Shown here piece after piece: positions 52,683 to 64,000 of a stretch of 64,000 bases of DNA. The stretch spans positions 406,782,001-406,846,000 of the forward strand of contig OZ024740.1 in the NCBI GenBank assembly GCA_964016885.1, in the 5' to 3' direction. Origin of the DNA: Eledone cirrhosa (Eukaryota). The notes under the pieces are model-generated. The model ran no database searches. It was not told where the DNA came from and was given only the letters and a program-made list of their open reading frames with translations. The number at the start of each line of letters is the position of its first letter. Within the stretch, counting starts at the first letter, position 1. Position numbers and translations under genes: made by a program.

Positions 52683-52882
52683 NNNNNNNNNNNNNNNNNN
52701 NNNNNNNNNNNNNNNNNNNNNNNNNNNNNNNNNNNNNNNNNNNNNNNNNNNNNNNNNNNNNNNNNNNNNNNNNNNNNNNNNNNNNNNNNNNNNNNNNNNN
52801 NNNNNNNNNNNNNNNNNNNNNNNNNNNNNNNNNNNNNNNNNNNNNNNNNNNNNNNNNNNNNNNNNNNNNNNNNNNNNNNNNN
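52683..52882. other. Assembly gap (200 N)
   Basis: Run of n. Confidence 1.
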
Positions 52883-53255
52883 TTGTCTTATCCCCAGTAA
52901 AACTAAAAGGGTCTTTTCTAACTTGTTGTCTTCGAACATTTGTTCCTTTCTTTCCTTCTTATATAACTGAGTGGGAATAGAGCTCATCACCTCTCCAGAT
53001 CTGAACACAGTTGATTTCTTCCAGAAAAAGATAGAGAAAGAGATATAGAGTAAGAATCAACCCCAGTATGAGAATGGTTCTTTCTTTTATCAACCTTGAA
53101 AGGATGAAAATTAAAGTTGACTTTGGTGGGATTTTAATTCAGACTACAGAGAGTCAATGTCCTAATGTCTGCCAATTCATGGTCTTAATGCTCTAACAAC
53201 TAGGCTAAATAGAGAAAGAAAATAAATAGAAGGATGAAAATAAAATCTGACTAAC

Positions 53256-53401
53256 CTAAAAATGAGCCACCATCACAGTAAAGGAAGCACACCATATTCC
53301 AGTCATGAAAATCAGGGTTTACCAAATCATCACTAGACATAAAACCTTCAAATCTAGCAGAGACTGGAGCTTTTAGGCTTGAACCAACTTCAGTGAAACT
53401 T
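53256..53401 (-). CDS. Pectin acetylesterase/Notum-family hydrolase, coding exon 3
   Basis: tctttctag|A...TTAG|gttagt; RSFTEVGSS...GFMSSDDLVNPDFHDWNMVCFLYCDGGSFLG matches the NP.F..WN.V...YCDG.SF.G signature. Confidence 0.95.
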
Positions 53402-53943
53402 CTAGAAAGATTAAAAGAAGAAAAATATTTCAATAGGGAAGAAGCAACCAACAAATCAACATTAAAATCATTTCTGTTAGTATATAAAAAAACAAACAAA
53501 TAAACAAATGTCTTCATATCCAAAGAAAAATGACATTTACCACAAGCATTTTTATCAAACCATCACCATGTATGTACTAAGTCAGTGAACCAGTATCTTA
53601 TCAGGACTGCCCATTATCCATCTCTATGCTATGTAATGAACAAATCTGCACCTTCCTGACACTATGGCACTTCAAGTAGACTGATAAGGGCTCAACCTAT
53701 TATATTCAGTATGTTAGTGAAGATATGACTTAGATGTTAGAGTTTCAGCTCATTCTTGTATAGTTTTGAGTTTGATTCTTCAACTGAGATAGACACTTCA
53801 TTTCACATTGCACCAATCCACTCAGCCAGCAAAAATGAGTTGTATCTGTAGTTCAAAGGAGCATCATTGTCACGTTGAATCTATGCTCAACGACATGCAT
53901 GTTAATTTCACAAGCAGGCTGTTTCCTTGTCAGAACAATATTG

Positions 53944-54122
53944 TATTTTCATGGTAAAGGCTTTACCTCATAATTATCTACATATCGAATTTATGAGATT
54001 TTGATGCTATTTCTTTTGAGAACAATACCTTAACATTGGTATGAGTTGCTGATTACAGCTAGTTTGAACAGAGAAATGTGAGAGAATTCTGGCCAGATAT
54101 GGTCAGTTTAAATGCTAAAGGG
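53944..54122 (-). mobile_element. piggyBac-type MITE, partial
   Basis: Ends tttaaatgctaaaggg-TTAA; interior matches the 5760 family. Confidence 0.75.
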
Positions 54123-55819
54123 TTAAACTAAACAAAAGCAAGTACTCAAACTAACATAACACTTGAAGTAAAATTTAAATAACTGAAACATATACATGTT
54201 CTTCAGTCATCACTTACATTATCAACTCTTATATATCCCAAGTTTTCTTCCCCACTCTCCCACATGCTTCCTTCAATACATCAATGCATTATTTGCTGTT
54301 AGTGTCAACAATGCCCACTTATACCCAGATGATACTTGCATACATCTGTAAACTTTTGTACACATACGTCACTGACAAATAGTTTTGACAGCTCTCGCCA
54401 AATCTGCTTTGACTGCATGACTAGAAATGTCAGGAAGATTCTCCAATCAGATGGTGCCAATGTTGTCAACAACCCCAACTGACAATCACTGCACATGTCA
54501 AGAAAATGTTAGTGCAGTCGACCGTCTAAACACAAACAGTGTTCAACTAGAACCCCTAAGACTGCTACAAAGCTAGGCCTCCACAACATTGAGATTCTCT
54601 CTTTGTGAACACACACAACTTACTTTCTGATTCAATGAGGTGTAGAGGGTGTTGTTAAAAATAATGATTGACATAGCAGCAGGGCTGGATTAACCATTAA
54701 GCCCAATAAACACATATTTAGGTCATCAAGGGAAGAGAGGCACCATTTAATTCAAATTAAATGTATTTGTCCTTCTCCCCAACAAAAAAATAGATTTTTT
54801 TTAATGACAGACGTTAATTTGAATAAATTGGCTTGTGCTTTTTTATATCTGGGGTACCATTCTCTTATGTGCTTAGGGCCTCAAAAGAACAGACACAGCT
54901 ACCCATTTGATCCTCCTTCCCTTGATTTAATGGAACATCCAGGATCTGACAGCTGGAAGGAGGACTGCACCGGCACTGAGCTGGTACTTTATCAACCCTG
55001 AAAGGAAGAAAGGCAAAGTGAACGATGGTATGATTTGAACTTAGAATGCAGAGATCTGGAAAAATATCCAATGTTCTAATGACTTTGCCAAATCGACAGC
55101 TTTATGATGTGTGTGTATGTGGTCTGTGTGTTCTGTTGCACATGTTAGTTTTCTATAATCTCAGTCAGTCCTCCACGACAATAGGTCTTTGAAATATGTT
55201 GATGTAGATTTCACTAATATTCCTATTAAGAATGTTTTTTTAAATGTATATAAAATTGATACATTTTTATTTTTCAGCTTTTGATCTTGAAGTGAAAGCT
55301 ATTGAAATATTAAAGTACATTCCACACTTCCTTGTGGAGAAGCATGATCAGACAATGGCTGCCAGTTTGTATTGGGTTGGCAGGTGAAACTTCATACTGC
55401 TGCTGCTGTAAGAATATGGAAGGGGTGACGGACAAATTACCAAGTTATTCGAAAATATTAGCCATGAAAATTGTTCTACTATGGGCCATAGGAAAGTAGT
55501 AAATAGGTCTGAAACATGTTTGAGACATCTGTTTTAGACAGATACAGTCAGTGATATATAATATTTATTTAATCGTATTTTACGTTAACTATTTTCTTTT
55601 CAAAATTAGTATTCATTTCATTGCTTTGTATAAGCACTATGAAATTTGAAACAAAGTTACAATTATAACTCTTGTATCTTAACTTTATGTCACCCAGTGA
55701 CTTGAATATACTCCCAAAATTTACCCATATGGTGGATAGTACTCTAGTGAATACACAAGTACATGGAAACATATTTAGAAGAAAAAAAAGGTAAACTATA
55801 TGGAAATAAGCAAACTGAC

Positions 55820-55901
55820 CTTTTATAACATTCATTTTCAGTTGAACACCAAGTTCCACCTTGAAGATGGAGTATCCAGAAATTTTGAGAAGACCCTCTA
55901 C
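55820..55901 (-). CDS. Pectin acetylesterase/Notum-family hydrolase, coding exon 2
   Basis: ttttcttag|GT...AAAAG|gtcagt; GRGSSQNFWILHLQGGTWCSTENECYKR; phases 1/2 fit the neighbouring exons. Confidence 0.93.
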
Positions 55902-55942
55902 CTAAGAAAAATATAAAAAAATAATAAATACATTATTTTAAA

Positions 55943-56105
55943 CCCTTTAACATTTACATTATTCTATATATATATGATTGCATTCTTGGGATAAAGGTTT
56001 TATCTTACATAATATCTCACATAACATCAAATCTATGAGATTTTGATGTTATTTATTTTGAGGACAATACAGTGGCCCATTATGGCTGGTTTGAATACTA
56101 AAGGG
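55943..56105 (-). mobile_element. piggyBac-type MITE
   Basis: ccctttaacattta ... aatactaaaggg-TTAA. Confidence 0.75.
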
Positions 56106-56949
56106 TTAATCAATTTGGAGAGGCAGTTCTAGATAATATCTAAATTAGTCATAATCTAGAACTGTCTCCTCATCTTGATTTATATTCATCATTACCATCA
56201 TTTTTACGTTCATCTTTCCATGCTTGCATGAGTTATGATGAGATTTTTTTGAGGTAGTCAGATGTCCATGCCTTGGTTCAGTTTCTTGAAGGATTCTTCA
56301 CAATTTTGTGCCACATCTTAAGTCTCCCTTTTCCACTGGCATAGATTTATATAGTTTATATAAATTATCATCATCATCATCGTCGTTTAACATCCATTTT
56401 CCACACTAGCATGGTTAGGATGGGCTGTCCCTTTGTGAGAGATCATGTCGGAAGACAATGTTTCACTCACACAGGATTTATTTTGGCCTGGTTTCTATGG
56501 CTAGATGCCCTTCCTAATGCCAATCACGTTTACAGTGTGTACTACTTCAAAATTATTATTTCTATAGCCTTTCCTAGTTATTTCATTCAACTAATGAGAG
56601 TGTGTCATGAAAGCAATTGTATGTGCCCTACCCATGGGCACAAAACAATTGCTATAAACTTTGAACTTATGCACATAGGATCAACAATCCAGTTCAAAGT
56701 TACTGCATAAAAATTCCCACTGTGACATTATTTTCTGATTCACTTTAAACAAAAGTAAACACTCAAACTGACATAACAGTTGAAGTAAAATTTAAATAAC
56801 TAAAATTTTGACATTTTACATTTCAAAATAATTAAGGAAAGTTTAGTAAAGAACTTTTAGAAGTGTCACACACTATGTAGTAAGATTTCTGAGTAATTTG
56901 ACATGGAATACACCTAATACAATGGATTTACTATACTCATGTGAAGGTG

Positions 56950-57245
56950 CACATCATGAGATTGTGAGTTTGATTCTCGGACTGGCTTTGTGTTCTCGAG
57001 TAAGACACTTTATTTCATGTTGCCCCAGTTCACTCAGATGTAGAAATGAGTTGTAACGTCACTGGTGCCAAGTTGTATTGGCCTTAACCTTTCCCTTGGA
57101 CAACGCCGGTGGTGTAGAGAGGGGAGATCGGTATGTACGAGCGACTGTTGGTCTTCCACAAACAACATTGCCCGGACTTGTGCCTCGGAGGGGAACTTTC
57201 TAGGTGCAAATCCCATGGTCATTCGTGACTGAATGTGGGGTCTTT
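56950..57245 (+). mobile_element. tRNA-derived SINE with a different body
   Basis: B-box-like gtttgattc, the shared gtaagacactttatttca...gtagaaatgag core, then a distinct 3' body. Confidence 0.7.
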
Positions 57246-57597
57246 GCTCTTTTTTACTATCCTCATTTTTACACCTACCTTTTCAAGCAGGTATGGGTTG
57301 TATGAGATGGTTTGAGAATGTTTTACAGCTGGATGCCTAAGCAAGGATATGGTGTGCCTATTCCCAAAACCAGGATACATCTGTTTAATACTGACAAACA
57401 AGAGAATGAGTACTCAGTGATCTGTTACTCTGGAGTTTATATGTATCATTATCTTCATCCTTATGTTACATCTGCTAGCTATGCTAGCATGTGTGTATGT
57501 GTGTGTATGTGAGTATGTGACAGCTCACACCTATGCAGGTTTAGCTGGGTATGCAGGTTTAGCTAGGTATATCTCAGAGGTGTCTTGGGTAATTTAA

Positions 57598-57767
57598 TGA
57601 TAGGGACCCCAATCCTGTCATCTCATTTCATTTCTACAGCTGAGTAAACTGGAGGAACGTGAAATGAAGTGTCTTGCTCAAGGAAACAACACATCACCCG
57701 GTCCAAGAATTGAACTCACAACCTTTCAATTGCAAGCCCAATGCTCTAACCACTAAGCCATGCGCCT
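57598..57767 (-). mobile_element. tRNA-derived SINE head and core
   Basis: Reverse complement of the 14402 family head. Confidence 0.85.
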
Positions 57768-58611
57768 TCACAGCTATGCTAGCATGGGTTGGACTGATTC
57801 TTAGATTCTGATTCAATTCTCATTTGTAGTTACTGCACTCATAGATAGATTGGAGGACCATCTCTTGCACATATATTTCATTATTGGCATGATTTCTACA
57901 ACTGTATGCCCTTCCTAATCCAAACCAGTTTACATGTGTACCAAGTGTATTTTATTATAGCACCAGCACTGGAGAGGTTGTTAACAACACGACATAACTA
58001 ATAAATCTTCTCTGCTACATATAGTCTATTTGATTGCCAACCACTTTACAGTGTATACTAAGTGATTATCATAGCATCAACATTGCAAGATTAAAGAGAT
58101 CTCTCCAATTGATGTAGTTTTCATTTTATTCCGAAGAAAACTTGATCGAAAGTGTGATTAGAAGGAGAGAATTGCTAAAAGTTGAAAGAGAGGAGACAAG
58201 GAATGTGATATGGTAAGGGATAACAACAGTAAAGTGTGATGGTGAGAGTAGTAGATGTCAAATAAGAGTCTCACGGAAGTACAATATTACCTCAACAAGT
58301 TTCACCCGACCAATGCTGACATAGCCTGGACAAGACTTTTTATAGCAATATTTCATGGTCGGATGCCGTTTCTGATGCCAATGCTCACCAATCTTTGCAC
58401 AGTGAAGCTCTGAGCCATGGAAGATTGTGTACGCAGACAAACGTTACTAACTACACAAGCAGTATCAAATGTGAAGTGAAAACAAGGAGACAAACATACA
58501 CACACATATATAGAAAGAGAGGGAGAGCGAGTCTGTGGTGCTGAGATCGAGGAGACCCCTAATCATGAAAGTACTCAATGCATGGGGAGATGCAGAGTAG
58601 GTATAAAGATA

Positions 58612-58696
58612 GGTAAAATCCTGACTGTGGTTTCAGCTTGTGTTCAGCAAGCCTTGCTGAACATATAAGCTGAAACCGCTAGGTCAAGATTTTACC
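58612..58696. repeat. Imperfect hairpin (~40-bp arms)
   Basis: ggtaaaatcctgac..ggtttcagctt.tgttcagcaag / ttgctgaaca..aagctgaaacc..gtcaagattttacc. Confidence 0.8.
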
Positions 58697-58777
58697 CCAC
58701 TTTCTCTCATAATCATCGTTTTTATGTCCACTTTTCCATGATTCCATACAAAGATATATATATATATATATGTATGT

Positions 58778-59219
58778 ATCATCATCATCATCACCGTTTT
58801 ACGTTCATTCCTCCATGTTAGCATGGATTAAGTAAGTTGTCCTGTTGTGGGCAATGCCAGGTCAGGTGGCCAAGTCTTGCTCATACAGAACTGATTTTGG
58901 CTCGATTTCTAGTTAAATGCACTTCCTAACACCAACCTCATTTACAGTGAGTATTGAGTGCTTTTTTTATCGTGACACCTACACAACCACTTTACAGTGG
59001 GAGGGGATGGGGCATACTGTCTATATGCTTCAGCTTCGGCATGTACCCGTAGGAAGTCAGGTCTTCTGTATTACTGCGTAATGCCAGATGTCTTGGCCTT
59101 TGAGAGGTGCAATTGGCAAGATCAGCTTTTATCACCTCATTGCAAGTCTTCTTCGGTCTCCCCACTCCAAGGCTTCCATCGACTTTTAACGCTATGCACC
59201 TTTTTATGCAGCTGTCATT

Positions 59220-59222
<3 letters not shown>
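58778..59222 (-). mobile_element. RTE LINE 3' end (diverged)
   Basis: DSCIKRC.ALKVDGS.GVGRPKKT..; (gat)n tail; 5' end at (TA)n. Confidence 0.85.
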
Positions 59223-59296
<74 letters not shown>

Positions 59297-59866
59297 TAAG
59301 ACTGGTATCCCTGTCATTAAAACAACCAACAGACTTCCTATGAAATAAAACCTCATAGCCTCAGGCCAGCTAAAGCTACATAGTAGCTGTTTTAACATGC
59401 GTGTGTGTGATAAGATAACACATATTTATGATGGGTTTCCATACAGTTTCTGTGCACCAAGTTCACTCAGTAGCATTGGTTAGCCTGAAACTATAGAAGA
59501 CACTTGGCCAATTATCGCAAGTGTTACAGTGGAATAAAATCTGAACCACACAGCTGTGCCTCTATTTTGTGTGTATATATATATATATATATATACATTT
59601 TTTCTTCTAACTTTAATTTTATACCTAATTGTGTATGGTTGACGATATATTTAATCGATTTCCACGTGCTATTGAAATGCTGGGTAAATATTCTATGGCT
59701 GTTAATCGCGAATAGATGGCTGTTGTTTAGTTATCTATTATTTCTTCATAGGTGCCTTTTAATCTTATAGCCTGGTTTAATTGGTTTTTTGTGTAGTTGA
59801 TTATGCTGATTGGGAGAGGAAATGGTGTATATATCTTATCAAATGATTCTATGGACATATTTTATA

Positions 59867-59905
<39 letters not shown>

Positions 59906-59931
59906 CATACATTACATAAACACGCACACAC

Positions 59932-60515
59932 ATCATCATCATCATCATTTAACGTCCATCTTCCACGCTAGCATGGGTTTGGATGGGAGTTTTCCCACTT
60001 GAGGCAAGATTGGTTGTCCTGCTCGTATAGGACTGTCTGGCGGGTTTTCTATGGCTGGATGCCCTTCCTAACACCAACCACGTTTACAGTGTGGACTGGG
60101 AGGTTTTTACCGTGTTACCTACACGGCCACAATACAGCGTGGACTGTGTTTTTTTGTCGTGACACCTACATGACCTCATTTGTTTCGGACTGGATGTTGT
60201 GGTACCAACATAACTTCACATTTAAGGGGGTGGTGTGGATGGGGTGGGGGTAGTGGGACGGGGGTGTATTTTGTTAGTGGTGCCTACTGACTGTAAGTTT
60301 CGCTTTGTACTTAGGCAAGGCGGGTCTTCTGTATTACTGTGTAGCGCCAAAGATCTCGGTCCAGTGACATTGTCTTGGAGAGGTGTAAGTGTGTGATGTC
60401 GGAATTTATCAAGTCGTCCCAGGTTTTTCTGGGTCTGCCTACTCCGTGGCTACCGTCTATTTTTCTCACCCTGCACTTTTTTATACAGCTGTTGTCTTTC
60501 ATGCGCATCACGTGA
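59932..60515 (-). mobile_element. RTE LINE 3' end
   Basis: HVMRMKDNSCIKKC..., then 3'UTR and tail. Confidence 0.9.
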
Positions 60516-60529
60516 CACACATATATATA

Positions 60530-60935
60530 TCTAATCTGGCCGAGTTTACACTCACAAATAAGAAGAACCAGGGCTGCCCCTAGGAGCAATGGATTTGGTG
60601 TACTTCATATTTGTTCCGGTCGCTGCTTCGCCTGAAGGTCAATAGTCCTCTTTTAACTCGAGCGGGAGCACCTTTCCATTGATCATCTGCAAAGCCTCAT
60701 TGTTCTTAAAACCACTACACCAGTCTTTCGATGCATACAGCTGGAACTACTGCCACCCATTGATTTGGCAGGATTTTTTTTTTCTAGATGGCCGTTGACT
60801 CTTTATGAGTTCTTCCGCCCTTTATCAGGTTTTGTTTTTTGTCCTGCAGGGTGTCCAAAATCACCCTCCTCACCAAGTAAACTTGGTAGGGTTGCCAGTT
60901 TAGTCGCCGCCGACCCAACCATTCGACAGGTTGTA
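60530..60935 (-). mobile_element. Interspersed repeat related to 35641-35930 (5'-truncated)
   Basis: Shares tacaacctgtc..tggt.gggtcg..ggcgactaaactggcaacc...ggtgaggagggtga.tttggaca.cctgcagga. Confidence 0.6.
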
Positions 60936-61357
60936 AATATACACACACACACAAGTATATACACTACACAGTAGCCATCTACTTACAATGACATCAAATG
61001 CCTTATTTTATTTATTCACTGGCCAGATGTTACCAATCATTAGTAACATATGTTTGTATCTCATAAATAATTTTGATTAGTAATTAATGTTAAGTTAAAA
61101 TGATTTCTGACAATATCAAGAATGACAAGGAAAATTTCAGGATTATTCCTTTGACTGGCAAGAAATATCAGAATACACAAAACCCTAAGCTGACACGTGT
61201 ATAGTAGTATAAAGTAGTATAAAGTAGTATAAAGTAGTATAAAGATCATTTAAAATGTTATCACCCTTCTAAAAAATAGAAAATGTTCACTATAGTAAAA
61301 GAAAAAAAAAAAGAAACAGATGGGACAAACATCATAAAGTAATAAAATGAAGCTTAC

Positions 61358-61721
61358 CATTCCGAATATAATAGCCTGCAGGTGACCCATCTAGACACAA
61401 AGCTCCTTGTTTCTGGGCAAACTCTTCAGGAAGCACAACCAGCTCACCATCAGTATCACTCTCAGCATGGAAGCTGACAAATGTGTTTCTTAGGTTGGAT
61501 ACAGTCCACACTACAAGCACAATTGTCACTAAGAGGATGACACATAAAAGCTGTATGTGACATCTTCTCAGTGTAAATGTTGGCATGAGCAGATGAGGCC
61601 GATGTAAGGAAACCTTGGCTGGGACAAACATCATACATGACTCGGGGTGTAGCTGCCGTTGCAAAGACTGGCGAAAAGTTCCTCCAGTGAGAGGTTTTTT
61701 ATCGACTTCTTGAGAAGACAT
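61358..61721 (-). CDS. Pectin acetylesterase/Notum-family hydrolase, coding exon 1
   Basis: ATG at 61721; hydrophobic stretch IQLLCVILLVTIVLVVWTV; GALCLDGSPAGYYIRN signature; donor AATG|gtaagc. The six exons total 1383 nt (460 aa + stop) in frame. A possible splice acceptor lies just upstream of the ATG. Confidence 0.9.
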
Positions 61722-62947
61722 CACTTATTAAATACAATATGAAAGAGAAAAATATTTCAAAAAAACAAGATATAAAATTTTTGTAGTAAAAAAAAGACTG
61801 TTTACAAAATGTGAAGAGAAAATCTATATCTTATCAAATGTTTTATTTTACTCGTAAATTATAGGTTTCACTACATTTTATCAACAGTAAAACATCTGTA
61901 AGTTTAACTGAGTTTTATCAATAGTAAAAAAATCTATTGTAATTTATAGTGAAAACTATCATCTTAAATTTAAGAATAAAATGATAATCATTCATTTAGA
62001 AACTAGTTATCTTGTCTAGTTTCTTTTGACATACATACCTTTCTCTGATCCTTTCTTTCATGCTTAGTTGTTGCTTTGACAGATACATATCCACTATAAA
62101 GTTGCCATAAAACAAGTCTGTTGTTTTATATAATTTTACTTAATGTTGATATCTAAGAAAGAATAAAACAAACAAGTTGATCAACTTTGAATCTGAGAAT
62201 TATGAAGAATGACTTAGTATCTAACTTCTATGTTCCATCTAAAAAGAATTATAAAAATGATTGTCTTCAAGAGTGGTAGTTGCAATGAGATGTCAAGTAA
62301 GATTAGAATGAATTCAAAGACTATTGGAAAGAAGTGATTATACACTTTCATGACAAAGAAACAAAACTGATGATAACGATCATTATCAAAAGGAAATATC
62401 ATCATAAACTATAATTATTACACAAAACTATGTGTTGTAAGAAGTGACTAGAAGGGCATCCTGCTGTAAAACACTGCATCAAAAAATGTTGTCCAACCCA
62501 TGCCAGCAGGAAAAAGTTGATGTAAAAATGATGATAATGAGACAAATACATGTATTCTTGTGGAGATTGAATGTATTTTATCATGCTGTTAGCACTAAAG
62601 AAGTTGTCTGCCAGGACTAAACAGTTTCCTATACACAACATAAGTTTTTATTCAAAGATACTGCTCTATTTTGAATGGATTGCTTTCCTTGTGTCTTGTT
62701 AAGTCCACATCCTATGTTTAAAAATGGTTCCAGTTGGTGAGACAGTAATAAATAATAAACAAATGCTATAGTAGGAAACAGTATCCAATTACCTTCTGAG
62801 TGAAGACCTTGTCTAAAATACTTGAACCAGAGTGGCTAAAGACATCGAAGAGCTTGATAGCAGTGTTACACTGGGTAATGAATTAGGACTACTAACTAAA
62901 AGCAAGTACAGTGTGATGGGCTTCCATTTACCTAATTCCAAATATAT

Positions 62948-64000
62948 GTTTATTATTGTCCTACAGGCTATAACTGAGGGGTTTAAGACTGGCTGCCCAT
63001 AGGAACTTCTATATGCAGATGATCTAACTTTCATAGCTGAATCTATGGCTGAACTAGAGAGGAAGTTCCAAACATGGAAGCATGGCCTTGAATCAAAAGG
63101 CCTTAGAGTCAACTTGTCTAAGACTAAGGTTCTAGTATGCAGAAAGGAGAATAGGGCATAGGTACTCTCTGGGAAATGGCCATGCTCAGTGTGTAAGAAA
63201 GGAGTAGGCAGAAAATCCATTCTATGTCCCAAATGTAAAATATGGGTACATAAAAGATGTAGTAGGATCAGAGGTAAGCTATCTAAGAATGTAGATTGTA
63301 TATGTGGCCAATGCTCAGGTGCAGTAAGTAGCAACTGCCCAGATGGTTCTACAGAAATAGTAGACACCTTCTGTTACCTGAGTGAGAAAATCAGCAGTGG
63401 AGGAGGGTGCTCTGAAAGTGTAGTAGCCAGAGTTAGAACGGGATGGAAAAAGTTCAGAGAGCTAATACCGCTGTTAGCCACAAGGGGTTTCTCTCTAAAA
63501 ATGAAAAGCAGATTTTATGATGCGTGTATACAAACGGCGATATTACATGGTAGTGAGACTTGAGCATTGTGTGCTGAAGACCTGCGTAGATTAGAAAGAA
63601 ATGAAGCTTGCATGCTCTGATGGATGTGTAATAGTAACGTGCGTGAAAGGCGAAGCATAAACGAACTAAGAAGGAGACTAAGCATAAGAGGTATCAAATG
63701 TGTTGGTATGGTCATGTGATGCGTATGAAGGACGACAGCTGTATAAAAAAGTGCAGGACAATGAAAATTGATGGAAGCTGTGGAGTGGGTAGACCAAGAA
63801 AAACCTGGAACGAGGTGATAAAAACTGACCTTGCCCACCTACACCTCTCTAAGACAATGACACTGGATCGAGACCTTTGGTGCCATGCAGTTGTACAGAA
63901 GACCCGACTACCATTGCATACAAACCTAGTCAGTAGGCACCTCTTAACTCAATGTACACCCCACCGCTAAGCCCTACCCCACAGTCCCTTTCCCGTTCCG
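62948..64000 (+). mobile_element. RTE LINE RT/C-terminal portion, degenerate, runs off the window
   Basis: [23 protein letters not shown]... [12 protein letters not shown]... Confidence 0.93.

Noticed and set aside
52580-53008. ORFs spanning the N run
   Set aside because: Artefacts of the 200-N assembly gap.

Overview
AT-rich, repeat-dense eukaryotic DNA. The repeat content suggests an octopod cephalopod, but that is inference. One host gene is supported: a minus-strand, six-exon pectin-acetylesterase/Notum-family serine hydrolase of about 460 aa. It has an intact Ser-Asp-His triad, a probable N-terminal membrane anchor and a last intron of about 43 kb (5383-48403). The middle of that intron (about 11.8-38.3 kb) is a stack of retroelements separated by (TA)n tracts. 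It holds many 5'-truncated RTE-clade LINEs, tRNA-derived SINEs that share the RTE 3' tail, a near-complete Penelope-like element (RT + GIY-YIG, pLTR direct repeats) and solo pLTRs. The main hunt result is a set of short non-coding elements carrying minimal type-I hammerhead ribozyme motifs, read by eye: 7 with both stems paired and 3 degenerate. They share one build: inverted 5' arm, monomer (a terminal direct repeat is clear in two copies) and a 3' end fused to (TA)n. Two of them carry an ATGCAAAT octamer upstream of the ribozyme. Also noted are a candidate HDV-like ribozyme, head-to-head retroelement fusions, a polar TGTTT-interrupted (TA)n satellite restricted to the hotspot, and a 790-bp circularly permuted inverted duplication. 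All RNA folds are manual predictions with no activity data, and assembly artefacts cannot be excluded without reads.
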